Origin: Cycas panzhihuaensis
Taxonomy: Eukaryota; Plantae; Cycadophyta
NCBI GenBank assembly: GCA_023213395.1
Contig: CM041465.1
Location: 242,489,741-242,553,740 of the forward strand
Direction: 5' to 3'
DNA: 64,000 nt
Part shown: positions 14,258-29,187 of the stretch, in pieces
Position numbering within the stretch: the first letter of the stretch is position 1
Layout: the number at the start of each line of letters is the position of its first letter
Made by a program: the position numbers and the translations under genes
The notes under the pieces: generated by a model
What the model was told of the DNA's origin: nothing
The model's database searches: none
Seen by the model: the letters and a program-made list of their open reading frames with translations, nothing else

Positions 14258-17200
14258 TCACGCATAGAATTTCTTCAAGAATTTACTATTGAGGGCCTTT
14301 TCAAACTCAAGACCTTCTAGAGTTACAATCCTATAAGTGCCATTATTAAGACTTTTAAGAATGACAAAAGGACCAACCCATTTAGGCATGAATTTGGATA
14401 AGTGATCATGGAGATATTCTAACTTGAGGACGTGGTCCTTAGGATGTAAAGGGTAAGGGCCAAGGTAGTTGTCATACATTCTCTATGCCCTATCTTGGAG
14501 GTGAGATTCACTTGATATGCGATTAAGCATCTCTCGTCTAAGGATTTAAGGTCAAGGAGGTAAGCCTAGCAATAGGATTCCGCGTCGATAAGACCTCAAA
14601 GAGAAACTCGCAAGGAGGGAATTTTAACTTCCAAAGGGAGGACCACTCCATACACGAGGGAGAACAGGGTCATCCCCATGGCCATGCGAATGGAGGTGTG
14701 GTATGCCCATAAGGTAGAGGGAAGTTGAAGGTGGTAATCTTTTTGGGATTGAGCAATGGTTTTCTTCAGGATGTTGATGAGAGTCTTATTTAAGGACTTG
14801 ATTTGGTCATTGGCCTGAGGGTAATAAGGAGAGGAAGTCTTATGGGATATCTTGATCTTCCCAAAAAGCACATCCATTTCCTTATTATAAAAGAGAATTC
14901 TATTAACTATGATCAAGATATCAGGGACCTTGAATTATCAGATAATATTTTGGTAGATAAATGTAGCTATAGTATTATCAGAAGTGGAAGACAAAGGGAC
15001 CACTTTGGCCCATTTAGTGAAATATTCCACAACAGTCAAGATAAACTTGTGCTATGATGAAGAAGGATGGGTTATGGCCCTAATGAGGTCTAATCCCCAT
15101 TGGGAGAAAGGCCATGGAAAGATAATGGGGTGTAGGATCTCAAAAGGTAGACAGATGATATCGATGTATTCTTAACACCTACGACATCGCAAAACATAGG
15201 CATGGGCATCCTTGAAGAGGGATGGCCAATAGTAACCTAATCAAAGGATCCTCTAGGCCATAGGTTGGCCCCCAAAGTAGCCCCTAAAAATGCCATTGTG
15301 GCACTCACGAAGTATTTGGCTCGCTTCATCAAGGTTGATGCAATAAAAGAGTACCCCATCAAAGGATCTTTTATACAACACCCCTTCCATGAGGAAGTAC
15401 TACCTAGCAGTGGCCGTAACGTGTGACCTTACCTTATCACTTGCATTGAGATAGTACTACTTTTTAGTAAGGTATCGTACGATATCATCATACCATTCAC
15501 TATCAGTCAATGGATGGGGGGATGAGTCTTGAATGGAAAAGATATGCTCGTCCAACAAAGAATCATCAGTGGGAGTGTTTGAAGAGTCAGGGATGGGTGC
15601 ATCAGCTAGTTGTTTGACAACCACCATCCCTTTCTTCAATTTCCTATTGACGATTTGGAAATCGAATTCTTGAAGGAGAATGGCCCACTTGTTGGTCCTA
15701 CCTATCAAGTCGAATTAGGTTAGAAGGTATCTCAAGGGATCAAATTGAATGATCAATTATGTGGTGTTACCAAGCAAGTAAAGCCTAAACTTCTTGGTGG
15801 CATGCACCAAGGTGAGGCATTCCTTCTCGACAGGGAAGTAGTTGAGCTTAGCAGTAACTAAGGTGTGACTGATAAAGTAGATGGCTCTCTTGGTTCTCGA
15901 GTCATCTTCTTAGGGGAACATAGCCCCTAAGGATTTGTGAGTAGTCAAGGTATAATGGATAAAGAGCTGATCGAAAAGGGGAGGTGACAAGATCAGGGCG
16001 GAAGCCAAGGCTCTTTTAAACTCTTCAAAAACTTCCTGGGCCTTTGGAGACCATGCAAAAGGAGACCCCTTCTTCAATAAGTTAGTGACTAGTTTAGTGT
16101 TTATGGAAAAGTTTGCTAAGAAATGCCTAAGGAAACCTAATCTATCCAAGAATATCTTGATTTATCATTGAGTCTTGGGAGGAGGCATGTCAAGGATGGC
16201 CTTGACTTTATTAGGATCAATCTAGATTCCTTGTTTTGAAATAAGGAAACTAAGGAGTTTGTTCACTATTACAGCAAATAAACATTTAAGAGGGTTTAAG
16301 CTCATATGGTATTTATGACACCTGATAAAGATGGCTCACAAATCATTAGGATGGTGGGCCCTTATGCATGGAAGACCCATCATGTCATCTATGAAAACCT
16401 CAAGGGTTTTTTTATGAGGTCACGGAATATGAATTACATCACACTTTGATAAGTTGTGCCTATATTTTTTAGTCTAAAGGGTATCGCTTTATAAGCGAAA
16501 GTACCTCAAGGAGTGGTGAAGGTCATTTTATGATGGTCTTCAAGAGAGATCTGGATCTGGTTGTACCCAGAGAAGCTATCCATCAAGGACATGACCTTGA
16601 ATCCAGTGGTTCAATCAATGACTTAATCAATGAAAGGTAAAAGAAAGTTGTCTTTGGGACATGCATTGTTAATATCACAGAAATCAATGCATATCTAAAT
16701 CATCCCATTCTTTTTGGTAACGGGGATGATGTTTGAGACCCACTTAGGGTAATTGATGGAGTAGATTAACCTTATGTCCAAGAGTTTCTCAACTTCCATC
16801 TTCATGATAACTAAAAGTTTAGGATGTAAGGGGCACTAATTTTACTGCATGAGGCAAGTGCCCATAATGGTAGTAAGGTTATGGGTGATAATGGGAGGGT
16901 CTATTCCCTTCATGTTAGTGTAATCCCATGTGAAGACATCACAGAACTCCTAAAAAAGAAGGGTGTATTCTTTCATTTCTTTAGGAGAACACTCTGCTCC
17001 TACCTTAATGACCTTGTCAGGAGTAAGGACAATGCCTTTGGTTTCCCCTATGTACATGGCATTCCCTTCATCAAAGTGAAGGGGGGCTATGTCAATAGGA
17101 AGGAGCGAAGAAGAGGAAGGTAGACTTGGGTCAGCTAAGGGTGACCCAAGCGCTAGAATCTTCTGGTAACTGAGTTTATGATGACCAAGAGGGATATTGG

Positions 17201-18430
17201 ATGCGGAGCCCGCTAGATGCTCTAATAAGGCCTTGTCATTCTTAAAGTAATCTATCCCATGGATAGTTATGCTTAGAGAAGATAAAGAATAAGGAGTAGA
17301 AGGAGCGACAGGACCATATCAGTTGACCCACTACTTAATATAGTTGCGAGACTCTTCGAAAGAGTTAGAGGATGATCTCCTATGATAGAAGGTAGGGGGT
17401 TCCCTCACCTCATCACTCGAAGAGGGTGACGAGGTGGAAGATGAAGTAAAATAGGAGGTCGCATGAGAGACAAGAGTAATGATATGCGACTCAGGAGGTG
17501 GACTAGGCTCCCCAATGGGAGAGGCTTCATATTAGAAACTGAAATGAAGGGAGCACCTCCTACTTGTGTTCAGGAGGGATATGGGATGAGGGAGGCCCTC
17601 CTCCTCATAGTCAGACTCATCGTCCCTTAATACGGTAAGGTGCTTATAACTCCTAGCACCAATAGAGGCAAAACAGATAAGGTTGGACAAAGAAAGAGAA
17701 GGGCCTTCTTCTGGACAAGATAGACTAGGAATATCAATAGAACAAGTGAAAGCATAGGCGAATGGACCTCTATTACCCTTCGCCTAGTCACAAACCACTT
17801 GATAGGGTTGATACGGTTGCTTAGTAGGAGGAGGCTACTGGGAAACGACCCCCATTTGCCCTTAATGGATGAATTTGAGTTGCCCCTAATGGGATGAATA
17901 CATGACTCCCATCTGATCAAGCCATGGACATCCCAACAAGAGATTGTAATCCATGTCTATATCAAGGACTATAATATTAGTGAGGATGGTCTTGTCCTTG
18001 AGAGTAAGAGGAACAGAAATAGATCCTAAGGGTGTTTTCCTACTACCATCATAGCCTTGACAATGCCACGAGATAAGCTTGAGAGCCGCTATGTCTAACT
18101 ATTGCACGATTCACAAGGGCATAGCATTAATAGAAGAACAATTATCTATAATAGTTCTTTGAATGGTACATTCAGGTGTGTCTATGGATATAGTAAAAGA
18201 GTAGTGCTATTGGAATTCCCTTTCATCGGTGGGAGGGAGATCTTTAAGGTCAAATGAAATGATAGGTTCGTGACTTGGGACAACACCTAAGGTGTTAATG
18301 GAAGCATTAACTAACCCCAAAGTTTCTAGGAGGAGAGTGTGTTGCTCTAGAAAGCTTCTCAAGACATCCATCATGGACATCCCTGTAGCCGCAGTGTAAA
18401 GCTCGTTAATGATAGAGAAGGACTTCCCCT
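14258..18430 (-). pseudogene. Tat-1 pol (protease, RT, RNase H, integrase with GPY/F module)
   Basis: PR IIDNCSSINAM (about 18140); RT CIDFCDINNACPKDNFL and MDSFSGYNQI (16550-16700); RH KWAILLQEFDF; INT SSPYYPQANDQ; KFMPKWVGPF ending KKFYA* at 14258. No aRH between RH and INT. Confidence 0.93.
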
Positions 18431-19870
18431 TAATGGTAGGTTGGGAAAGTACCCTTTAGATGAGGCGGTTAGTTTTTAACACCTTAATAGATAAAGGAGT
18501 TAACCTATATTCCATGAAGGGATAGGCCCTTGGTTGGACTATAGGGTTAATAAAGGACGAAGGAGGAGGTGTGCAAGGGTTCCCAAACCCTCCTTGGGAA
18601 GCTTGGCTTGAAAGGGGATACGAAATTCCTCCCTCTTGGTGGGAGGGAACTAATCCCGAGTGTGAAGGGACTAGAAAAGGAGTGGATGGGTAAGAAGGAC
18701 CCATCCCCACTTAAGGGTATGCCTCTTATTGAAAGGGGACTTGAGAGAGGGTGCCTTAAGAAGGGGCTTGCTCTCCTTGTGAAGGCACTACATAAGGAGA
18801 AACATTAGAAGAAGGGACAAATGGGTGTGGAACCAAATTTTACCCATATAGACCACCCATTGGTGGCACAACACCATATGGATAAAAGAGGTCTACCCCA
18901 TAGACAAGAAGAGGATTTCCCTTATCATGCCCCCATGGTTGGGAGGTATATCCCAGGGGTACATAAAGGGATGAATCCCTAGGTTAAGTTTGGGAGTACA
19001 TGGGGATTTATCCAACACAACTAAAAGTAGGTAGATATGCAGGTCCCCTAGGTCTAATGAGAGGCAGATGGACTATAGTTGGTTAGGGCATAGTCACTTA
19101 GTTAGAAGGAGGCATACTCAACCCAAGTTAGGAAGTGGGTACACCTTGGGTGGTCCCTAAGGAATGTAGGCCACAAGAAAAAGAAGACATAATAAGGGGT
19201 GCCCCTGTTATGGGTAAAGAATTTGAATAGGATGAATGTGAAGGTGCAAATCTAGAGGAGGAGAGTGTTATGCTTCACAAAATGCTATCCAACCATTTGG
19301 GATGTGGTTGGAGGCTACCCACTTGGAAGCATTGATTAAGCACTTCCACCATATCCATAGGAGGGGTATCCACCTACTCATATGAGGTCAAAAGATCCTC
19401 ATATGAAGCAAACCCCATAGGGCGATCCTCATGGGAATTGTCACTAGGATGGTGATATCCCATGGGAGAAGACACTTCCACTTTGTGAGTGAAAAGGTGA
19501 TGAACCTGTGGGTGCTCTTAGTCACCTGGGTAGAAGATAGGGTCCTCACCCTCTTGGGTGGGCCCCTCGGAAGAAGTAGAAGGTTGGTGAGATTCAAAAA
19601 CATAGGCATGGTACACCCAATCTAAAGGGAATCCCTCCATGGTCGATTTAGAATCTAACAATGGAAGGGGATAATAAGGAGAGTCTTCCAACAAAGGAGG
19701 GAGACCATGTAAACAATGAGAGAATCATTGCATACAAGTCTTTCCTAAGAGTCAAAAAAAAGAGAGGTGATAAAATGATATACATTAGGGGTTACCCAAT
19801 GAATTGAGGAGGGCTACTGAAGGAGAAGTAGCATTAAAAGAAGAGACAATAGGATAGACCCCTTACTAAT

Positions 19871-19892
19871 GAGTCCCCAGTATGGTCACTAG
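19871..19892 (-). promoter_or_regulatory. Primer-binding site (degenerate tRNA-Arg type)
   Basis: The minus strand reads CTAGTGACCATACTGGGGACTC next to the LTR. This is a deaminated form of the Tat/Ogre TGGCGAC..CTGGGGA PBS. Confidence 0.7.
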
Positions 19893-22800
19893 TGGAAGTG
19901 CACCTCTGGGGGTCGCTAAATATAAAGAGATCAAGCTAATACAATCAATAATCTCGTGGCTAAAGGATCTACAGAGGTGAGGGAAATGATTAGCCACAAA
20001 GGGCGTTCATACGTCGAAACACAGATTCAAGGTCCTACAAATGGTTCACAAACTTTCGCTCAAGGCAAACACCTTCTTGATTTGGGATGGGCAAGAGAGG
20101 GATTTCCTCAGTTTGCTAAGTAGCCTTAGAAAAGACCCTCCCATCTTGGATGGTCAAGGAAGGAGGATATAGATCAGACACACCCTTCCTAAGGAAAGGG
20201 AATATATGAGGTATGTCCCAACTGAAGGAGGAGGTAACTACGAGCAAGCAATGGGTGACTGGTAGTGTGGATGAGAGGGGGAAGTTGGGCTATGAAGGTC
20301 TAACTTCTAGATGGAGGTAAGGCAAAGTGAGGCCTTACTAAATGGGAGAAGAAGACCTTAAGGTGGAGTGCCCCTAAGGTGCCTACACCCAAAACGGATA
20401 GTTAGGTGTAGGGGATGAAGTAATGTATTTTTGTTTCTTTGTTTTTTTATTATACAGAAGGTGGGCTAGTGTTATGAGTTGTCATTGTTTATGTTTCATA
20501 TCCAAGTAAAAAAGAAAGTAAACAAAGCAACAACTCTCTATCTCTTCCTAAATCCTAGCTTCCCTCTCCTTATCTATTATAAGCGTAAAAAGAAATAGAC
20601 AGGCAGGAAGCATAGGAAAAGGATGCAAGTGCTAATGTAAGTCAACCCAATGGCATATAGGAAGAAGATAGGATGTGGGTATGAGAGCTCACAATACATC
20701 ACACTCAAACCCTAGTGAAGGTGAGAGTTTGAGTCAAGGGAGAAGGATCAAAGATGCAACTACTGGAAAGAAGCACCTACTTGTGTAAATAATTACCCTT
20801 CCCCTATATGACCAAATGAATCAAGCAACAAGTAATGAAATACAAAACTATTCTTGCTTTTAATCTTTCCTTTTCTTCTTTTTTGAGTAAAAGGGGGAGA
20901 AAGGGATGAGCGAGAGGATAGGATAGAAGTAGTATACCTAGAAACTAGGCAGTTAGTGTAGAGGCCTCTTCACTTTCTTCATGATCTATGCTCATCCACT
21001 CGATGCACCTTATCATGAGCGATATGGAAAAAGAAACACCAGCCTTTCTTACCTTCCCCAATATCCAAATGCAAAAGAACTGAAAGAAAAGAAAGAATTA
21101 CCTATATTAAAATTCCAAAATAATATAATAACAATGAGGCAGGTATGCGCACCTTTCGTGAAGATCCTTGGTTGCTCTATAAGGGGAGAAAGCCACACCT
21201 CAAATACTTTACCCTTTCCCAAGGGCTACTAAGTATGTGTGGGAGTAATTGTATGTATGTATGCTTATCTAAAAAAGAAAAATGAAGGGAAAGAACCTTA
21301 CATAAATATCTCCAAATAAGCAATATATGCAACGTTAGTTTTACTTATTATGCAAGAAAAATACTCCGATGATTACAGGAAAGGGGGGTGAAAGGAAGAG
21401 AGATGGGTAGCCTCAAAATGACTAACCTTCCTAATAGGATGTCTCCACGTCCCCAAGCACTTAAGCAAGTAAATGAAGATAGAAGCCAAGTTTTTCCAAT
21501 GACAAGAGAGCAACAAACTTTGTTTCTAGAAAAGTTCTAAAGCAATGTAAAAGTTACAAAAGTTGCAATGAGCAACTTTTGTAAGAGTTTGCAAAGGCAA
21601 GATTGAAAAATTATAAATGCCTAGAAGCTACTACTAAAAATCAGATATTATGGGGCTATGATGGCTATTTGTAGGCATATCAAGGTGCTACTAATGTTAC
21701 AATCAATAAGGTTCCCTACCTCAAAAGTTTTCAGGTGAACAAAGGAGGTATTGGGAGAAGAAAAGAAGTGGAGAGTAGGGGGCTACCCTTAAGGAGATGG
21801 AAAAAGGATACAGAACCCTACCTGAGTCTCCTTTCTCTCTTCGCTGGTCATTTTTCTCTCCACCTCCTTGAGTGGACCCAAGGGAAACTTCAAGGTGGAA
21901 GGGGACAAGTTAGTGAAGGGGAGGGTTTGCCTCCCAGAGTAAAGAAATAAAGGGCAACTTCACATAATAAATGGAAAAAACAAGCAAAGGAACCTTTATT
22001 CTCAAGGAAAAGAGGAAAATATAGGCCTATAAGTACTTAGTAAGAAAATATCTAAGGTAGATCTACGTGGTATATTGGCAGGAGAAGAGGTTTCTCTTGG
22101 AGGATTAGTGAAGAGCTCCTATAACAGCACAAAGAGGGAATACAACCTGCAATAAACTTGGTTCTTGAGGCTTGGTGGAATCCTTGTGGAGAAGATATAT
22201 CCCAAAGATTGCTACTGCAAACCTATAACTCAGGGTTTTACCCTAAGGAAGATGATGGAAGGAGTGGAGGATAGGTACAATAGGTAAAACCTTCATTTCA
22301 TAATCTTTCCTTAGAGATGAGAAGGAAGAAGAGCCAAGAAGAGAGAAAATGAGGTAAATTTTAGGTTTTAAAACCCAGCCCTAGCTCAATGGGTGATTAG
22401 GGCTTACCCTGGGCAGGAAATATCCCAACTCCACATGTCAATTTTTTATTTAATAAAAAATTAGCCTTGGCCAAATAAAAAAATAATTTTAAACAGTTGC
22501 ATTGTAGCAAACTTTACAGTACCACAAAGTTTGTAGTGGCACCATAGAATTTACAGTGGTACACTCAAAACAAGGCCAAAACAAAAAGGGGGAGCTTGGA
22601 GGGCTCCAAAAAAGGTAGGTCTTAGATCCCAAAGAGGCCAACTAATGCACTACTTAGGTGCCAAAGGGGTTTTAGGACTTAGGGGTACCCAGATAAATAA
22701 GAAAAAGGGGGCAATAAGGCCCAAAAGAAGGACAAGTGGCAAATGACAATGACGACTAGGCCTAAGCAGGATGCTAGGGGACACATCACCCCAAGGGGCA

Positions 22801-23095
22801 ATAAAAGACATGCTATAGGAGCTAACAGTACTCAGAGACATTATGGAGACACAGTGAAGGGCCGTACGGTTCCATGGGATGTGTACCCCAAGTTATCATA
22901 GGCTAAAGTGTTAAGATGTAACATAAGTAAACAAGCAAGTGATGCATAATGATCATGAAATCAATTAAGTAACATGTAATGTGCATCTATTAACAACCTC
23001 ATAGCATGTTGAAGCCAATGAGAGTGAGTATAGAAACATACATGTGCTTTACCTGAGACGAGTCATCCATGTCCATTCCTAGTAGCTGGGAAATA
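19893..23095 (-). repeat. Tat-1 5' LTR (about 3.2 kb)
   Basis: Plus-strand ends TGGAAGTGCACC...AGCTGGGAAATA; the right end matches the Tat-3 LTR end AGCTGGGAAACA. Confidence 0.9.
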
Positions 23096-23100
23096 ATATC

Positions 23101-24630
23101 TTAGAAACACCTAAGACTTTCATATTTAAGGAGGTAGTCAAAGACCAAATGTAGAAAGTAGTTATAGATGAAGAGATGAACTCCATCATTAAAAATAACA
23201 CTTAGGAGATGATAGGATTACCACCTAGGAAAAAGGTAATTAATTATAGATGGTTATACAAAATAAAATTTCATTTAGATGGCATCGTCGAGTATCATAA
23301 AGTTTGTCTTATAGCAAAAGGTTTTAAATAATAGAAGGAGATTGACTATGATGAGGCCTTTACACTAGTGGTTAACATAACCACATTTTATTTGGTTATA
23401 TCCCTAGTAGCCTAATTCAACTGGCATATCTACTAAATGGATGTGAATAGTGCTTTCCTCAATGGTGAGCCCACAGAAGAGGTTTTCTTGAAGCAACCTT
23501 TTAACTATATTATTCTAAGCCAAGAACACTTAGTTTATAAACTCAAGAAAGCCCTATATGGACTTAAGTAGGCATCACATCCTTGGTACACAAAGATTAA
23601 TGCCTTCCTTATTTAATATGGATTTAATTGTTTACCCTCTGACCTAGACTTGTACATTTAGGTTAAAGATAACTTAGTCATAATTATAGTTTTTTATGTA
23701 GATAATCTTATAATCACTAGAAATAACATTGAAGGCATAACTTGGCTTCAATTAAAATTATAAATTAACTTTGAGATGAAGGATCTTAGGTTGCTCCATT
23801 ACTTCCTTGGAATTAAAGTTTAGCAAGAACCAAGCCACATCTTCCTATCTTAAATAAAATATACTAATGAGCCCCTATAAATATTTATGATGATAGAATA
23901 CAAGCCAATACTAATTCCTATAAAAAAAGGAACCAAGATGAACATGGACGAATAAAGAAAGTCATTTAATCCCACTTTGAATTGGCAGTTAGTTAGGAGC
24001 CTCATCTATCTCACCCACACTTGACTACATATTTCAGATGTAGTTGAGATATGTTCTAGGTATATGTCATAGCCTAAAACATCTCATTGGAAAGCCATAA
24101 CTAGGATTCTCAAATACATTCATGGCACACATTAGCTTAGTCTTGAATATAAACAAACCATCTCCCCTATATTAAAGGGACACATAGATGTTGATTAGGT
24201 AGGTTACTAGGACACTTTCCATATAACTTTAGGATATTACTTTGACATGAACTCAGATGTAATCTCTTAGATCTATAAGAAGTATCCAAATGTTGCCCTT
24301 TCCTCTAATGAAGTAGAATATAAAGTAGTTATCTATTCCACAATAGAGTTGATTTGGCTTAGAATGATTCTTTCCAAGCTTGGACTTTAATAACATGCAC
24401 CCGCCATCCTTTATTATGCCAATCAAATTATGTTGAAGATGACAAAGAATCTTGTATCCCATGCCAGAACTAAGCACACTAAGGTCCATCATCACTTCAT
24501 CCATGAACATGTTCAAAATAGAGAAGTTGATCTTATCTACTAACCAACTGAAGATCAAGTTATAAACATCTTCACTAAAGCACCTAGTAAACTAAAATTT
24601 GAGTGGTTTCATTATGACCTTGGCATTAGA
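23101..24630 (+). pseudogene. Copia-1 reverse transcriptase and RNase H remnant
   Basis: DEEMNSIIKNNT*E, MDVNSAFLNG, LKKALYGLK, FYVDNL, MKDLRLLHYFLGI, HARTKH...EDQVINIFTKA. Confidence 0.92.
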
Positions 24631-24647
24631 AGAAATGAAGCTACTAT

Positions 24648-25011
24648 TAAGGGAGGGTGTTAAAACATTATAATAGCACTTGCATTTTAATATATTATTT
24701 ATGTACATAATATGTATTTTATACTTTAGACGACCCATATTGTGAAATTAATCATGTTTAATATTTAGGTCAAGTCTACCATATATGTTGCTTAGTTGTC
24801 TAATTATATCATAAGAAAGCTTAATGGGTTACTTATAAATTAAGCCTTGCATCATTCTTTTGTACATGATTTTTTAGTATATACAATAGAGCTACCAGTT
24901 TAGAGCCTTATGTGGTGACCAATTCACTAATAAATGTTGATTAATCTTTGTTATTCTCATGTTTTATATGTTTACTACATTATTTTGATAGATTAGCTTG
25001 ATATTCTATCA
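24648..25011 (+). repeat. Copia-1 PPT (TAAGGGAGGG) and probable 3' LTR (24658-25011)
   Basis: The polypurine tract is followed by TGTTAAAAC. There is a TATAAAT at about 24834 and a candidate end TTCTATCA. The right boundary is unverified. Confidence 0.6.
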
Positions 25012-25299
25012 GTAGCACATAGATTCTTAGATCTTAAATGATTTTATCAGAAGAACCCCTTCAAGTTCATAAGTAAGAATACAGTTAAACGGTTTGGTTT
25101 TAAACCATGATGTCAATTCCACTAGTTATTTTTATCATTTAGACTACTTTTTACACATGCCCCTCAATTGATCCTCATTTTTGTTAGTATTTACTAAGCC
25201 TTTGAGTACCACCTTTTTTCAAGAAAATTAAATTATTAAATTTAATCACCAACTTCTAAGCTTGTATTCTAACATCTATATCGTAAGATAAACTCACCT

Positions 25300-25772
25300 A
25301 CAATTGTCCCACATGATCCACATTATAGCAAATACCATGAGGACATTACAACAACCTTTCCAAGGCCCATTCTCCATACATTTAACCTAGTATGGTACCT
25401 AATAAAATCCCATACAAGCAACACATATATACCATGTAGTTCAATCACCAAGGATTTTACTTCAAGTTTATGTATACCTTTACTTCATTAAAACTTATAA
25501 TTCCCTTATAATTGGTGTTGTTTCCCTTATGTTAGCTTATGATTACTACATTGCTCAAAAACCAAAATAGCCATAACACCCACTATATCTCATTGAATGT
25601 CATATAACAACCATAAGTTGACCTCAAAAGCTAGTATGGGACTAGATGAAATATGTCATGACACCCTCCCCCCTAAAGTAAAAGAAAAAAAAAAGTAATT
25701 TTAAAAAAGGGTAAAAAAAGGTATATACACTTAAAAAATAAAAAAAAGAAAAATGTAAAAGAAGAATAAAAA

Positions 25773-25812
<40 letters not shown>

Positions 25813-26620
25813 TTGGATATAGTTATACTTACTCCACCTTATTAGCATCTAAGGTAAGTTATATGTCATCTTTATCCCCACATGTAATATGCAATTTAGA
25901 TCTAGTTATATGGGTCAATTAGGACCTTTGGATCTAATTGTTTGGGTTTGCTATAGCCTCAACTGATCTTAAAACCTATTTAGCATTAGGGAGATGAAAT
26001 AAACAACTCAAAAATTTGTAGTTAACATGATAAAGATCCACTTATATGCCCCATTCTCAATCAAATTAATAGTTAAAATTGAGCCTATAAACCTAAAACC
26101 CTTTCTTGATGCTTAATTATTACACCATTCCCCACATTTATGAGGTCATTTATGAGCTAATATTACATTCCCATGGCATTGATCATTTACACCAATGAGG
26201 AAGCCCATGCAAACCCTATACCTTCTATTATATCTTAGATTATTTATGACTAGATAGGCCATATTATAACAAGTGCTAGAATGTACATACTAATAGTAAT
26301 CAGTAATGTAATTAAATACATTATAATTATTAAGCTCCTCACTAATATTCTCTAAGTTTACACTGGCCTTATTTTGTTACTTTCAACTCTCAACTTGTCA
26401 TCTACTAGCTCATATAGGTATATAAGGCTTATTTAGCTCAGTTGCTTACCCTTTCTGGCTCATTTAGGTATTTATTGACCTAATTTTTATTAATTATAAT
26501 TTACCACATTTGATATGAATAAGACACTAAAGTTAACCTATTAATTACATACATCTTAGAGCATCACCTATTGCAAGATGGTTTGCCTTCTTAAGGATTT
26601 TGAGCCCATCAATAAGATCA
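25300..26620 (+). pseudogene. Possible very degenerate Gypsy integrase remnant
   Basis: Only faint motif echoes (HQGFYF near 25445; PHSQSN...EPIN near 26050, like YPQSNGQ.E..N). Confidence 0.25.
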
Positions 26621-29187
26621 AGCTTATGAGCCAATCTCCTCATCATAACACACTACTATGAAATAAACTTAAATTATTACTACTTTCAAGATATTATTTC
26701 TAAAGAGGTTAAAGTATGGTGACTACTTTTGGTCTTCCAAGCCCACTATAGCGACTTAACTTCTAAGCCAACCCTTCTCACATATAAGAATGTTTTAAAA
26801 TATAGTTACTAATAAGGATAAACTATGGTGACCCCCAATATTAATAAAGCTTTACTAAGGCTTCTAAGCTTATTTCAAAGATGTGGTTTTTAAGCCAGTC
26901 TCCTTCCTATGTGACACCACTCTAAAATGAGTTCAAACTACTAAACCTTTGATGTCCTTACCAATGAGGTTAAACTAAGAGTAATATTCTCCAAATATTT
27001 GCTAATGAGGCTAAACTATGGCAATACCTTATTGATAAGCTTCTCATGGGAAGTATGACTTTTGATTGACCCCTCCATAATTATCCTTTCCAAACACTTC
27101 AATAAATATATAAACAAAAAAATAAGAATCATTATCAGTATTCACCATCTTGTAGCACTAGTCTAAAGAGGTTTTAATGCTAAAGGAGTAAATGTTTCCT
27201 AAAAATCATGACTCCAACATCCATCATAGTATAAGTAAGCCAATTATATATTTTTCACTTTATTTTAATTTAATTTTAATCTTTTATACATATGTCACTA
27301 ATGTTTGCCTATTATTTTGATGATAGACATGTGAGTAACTCAATGTGTGATAACTTTGGCATTTATTAATAGCATAATAAAATTATCTATTTGAGCCTTA
27401 TATATCAAAAAATAGTGCTTTAATACCTCTAAAAGCACTTCTAAGACCCCTCTTATGTTTTTTTATCACCGTTTCCACCTTTTACTTTTATGATTTTTTC
27501 TAAATTTCTTATTTTAAACTATTTTCCTTACTAGTTATAATTTTTAGAGATATAAATCTTACAACATTATAAATTTATAATGGTATATCACATCCCATTA
27601 TAAATTTTATAATATTATGCAATGCATCATTATGAATCCACAATAGTAAATTATTCCTTATTTTAAAAATTAAAATAACATAAGACTACTCCATTGTAGA
27701 ATAATAGGCAACTTTGTTTTCATAGTTCGTATACCCTTTTCTACTTTTCTCCATTATAATTGATGATGGGTCTTCAGGAAAGGGATAAGGAGTTAATAAT
27801 CCATCCACCACAACACCCCCCCCCCCTCCCCGGCCTCTAATGGATCAAAATCCATGTGTTTTATCCCATAGTTTTAAGGCAAACCTTGGATTAGTTTTAT
27901 CCTTTAGAATTTTTTATCTAATACCCAACCCTCATGCATTAATTCTCTTCCAAAATCCTTAATTATTAGTATATGGGTTTAGACCATGATTTTACTAAAA
28001 CTATATGCCTTAAATCCACTCCCTTGCATCTATAAATAGCCCCCTATTTTATGAGAATGAGGAATATTTATATAATAATATACTATGAGAATGTTACTAG
28101 ACTTCTTTTGTATCCATTCACATTGAGGAGTATAGATCAAGAGACATTGAGTTTTGTAGTGAGGTCATTCGAGTGATATGAGGAATTTTCTACCTTAAAG
28201 CTTGATCCTAGTAGCTAGTAATGAATTTTTTATTAGTGATCATCCTATGTAGGATGGCTCTCACTTCCTCTCAGCATAACTCCAATGTCACTACCTTGTT
28301 AATTTGACCTCTTTCTTGCTTAATTTTCTCTCTTCATTCTATATATTTTCTTAGCCCTTAAAAATACTTAAGGTGGTCTTAGAGAGAATATTAACATTAT
28401 TTAGCTCATATGTCATTATAATCTACCATTTTTTAGGCTTTCATTACAATTAGGTTTAGTTAGAAATGAATTATATGGCTTCTACTTTTAATTTGTTTTA
28501 TTTTCTTTGCATATGTATGTTGTATTTCCTTCAATGCTAACATCATAGGTGGAAAAGGATGTCAAAAGGCCTATTTACTATTATTGGTTACAAAGAAGAG
28601 ATTAACTATAGTACTTCCCCTCAGTTCCCTTAATTAAGTAATTTAAGAATCGTAATGAACTTTTCTCCATCATAATATGATCTAGGAAGCAGAAATACTA
28701 CTAAATTTTATGTAGGATTGTCTAATATTTTAACATGTAGTATTAATTTATTGTTTTGATATAGTTTAATAAACTTGGAGATATGGAGCTAAAGATATTA
28801 AAAATAAAAAATAAAAAGATAAGTCATTTAAATATTGGGAATTCACTACAGGTACACACTTCTTTTTCTCTTTTCTTTATTAATAATATCTTTGATTTTA
28901 TCAAACTAGGAAAAGGATGACTTTATTTTCACTCTAAAAATAAAAATTTAAAGGCCCCTTGCTTTTTCCTTCTCTTTATTTGATGTAATAAAAATAAGAA
29001 AATAAGTGTCTAGTTTGATTACATACTTGATTATATGACTACTAATTCTCATCCTCTCTCTTCTACTTCAGGGATTAATTAGAATACTAAAAGAAAAGAG
29101 TAAAGAGGGTCTTCCTTTTAAGGTTGTATTTAGTAGGTTGACCTTCATAGAGTGGGGGGATTTATACTTATTATAAGTCCTAAAACC

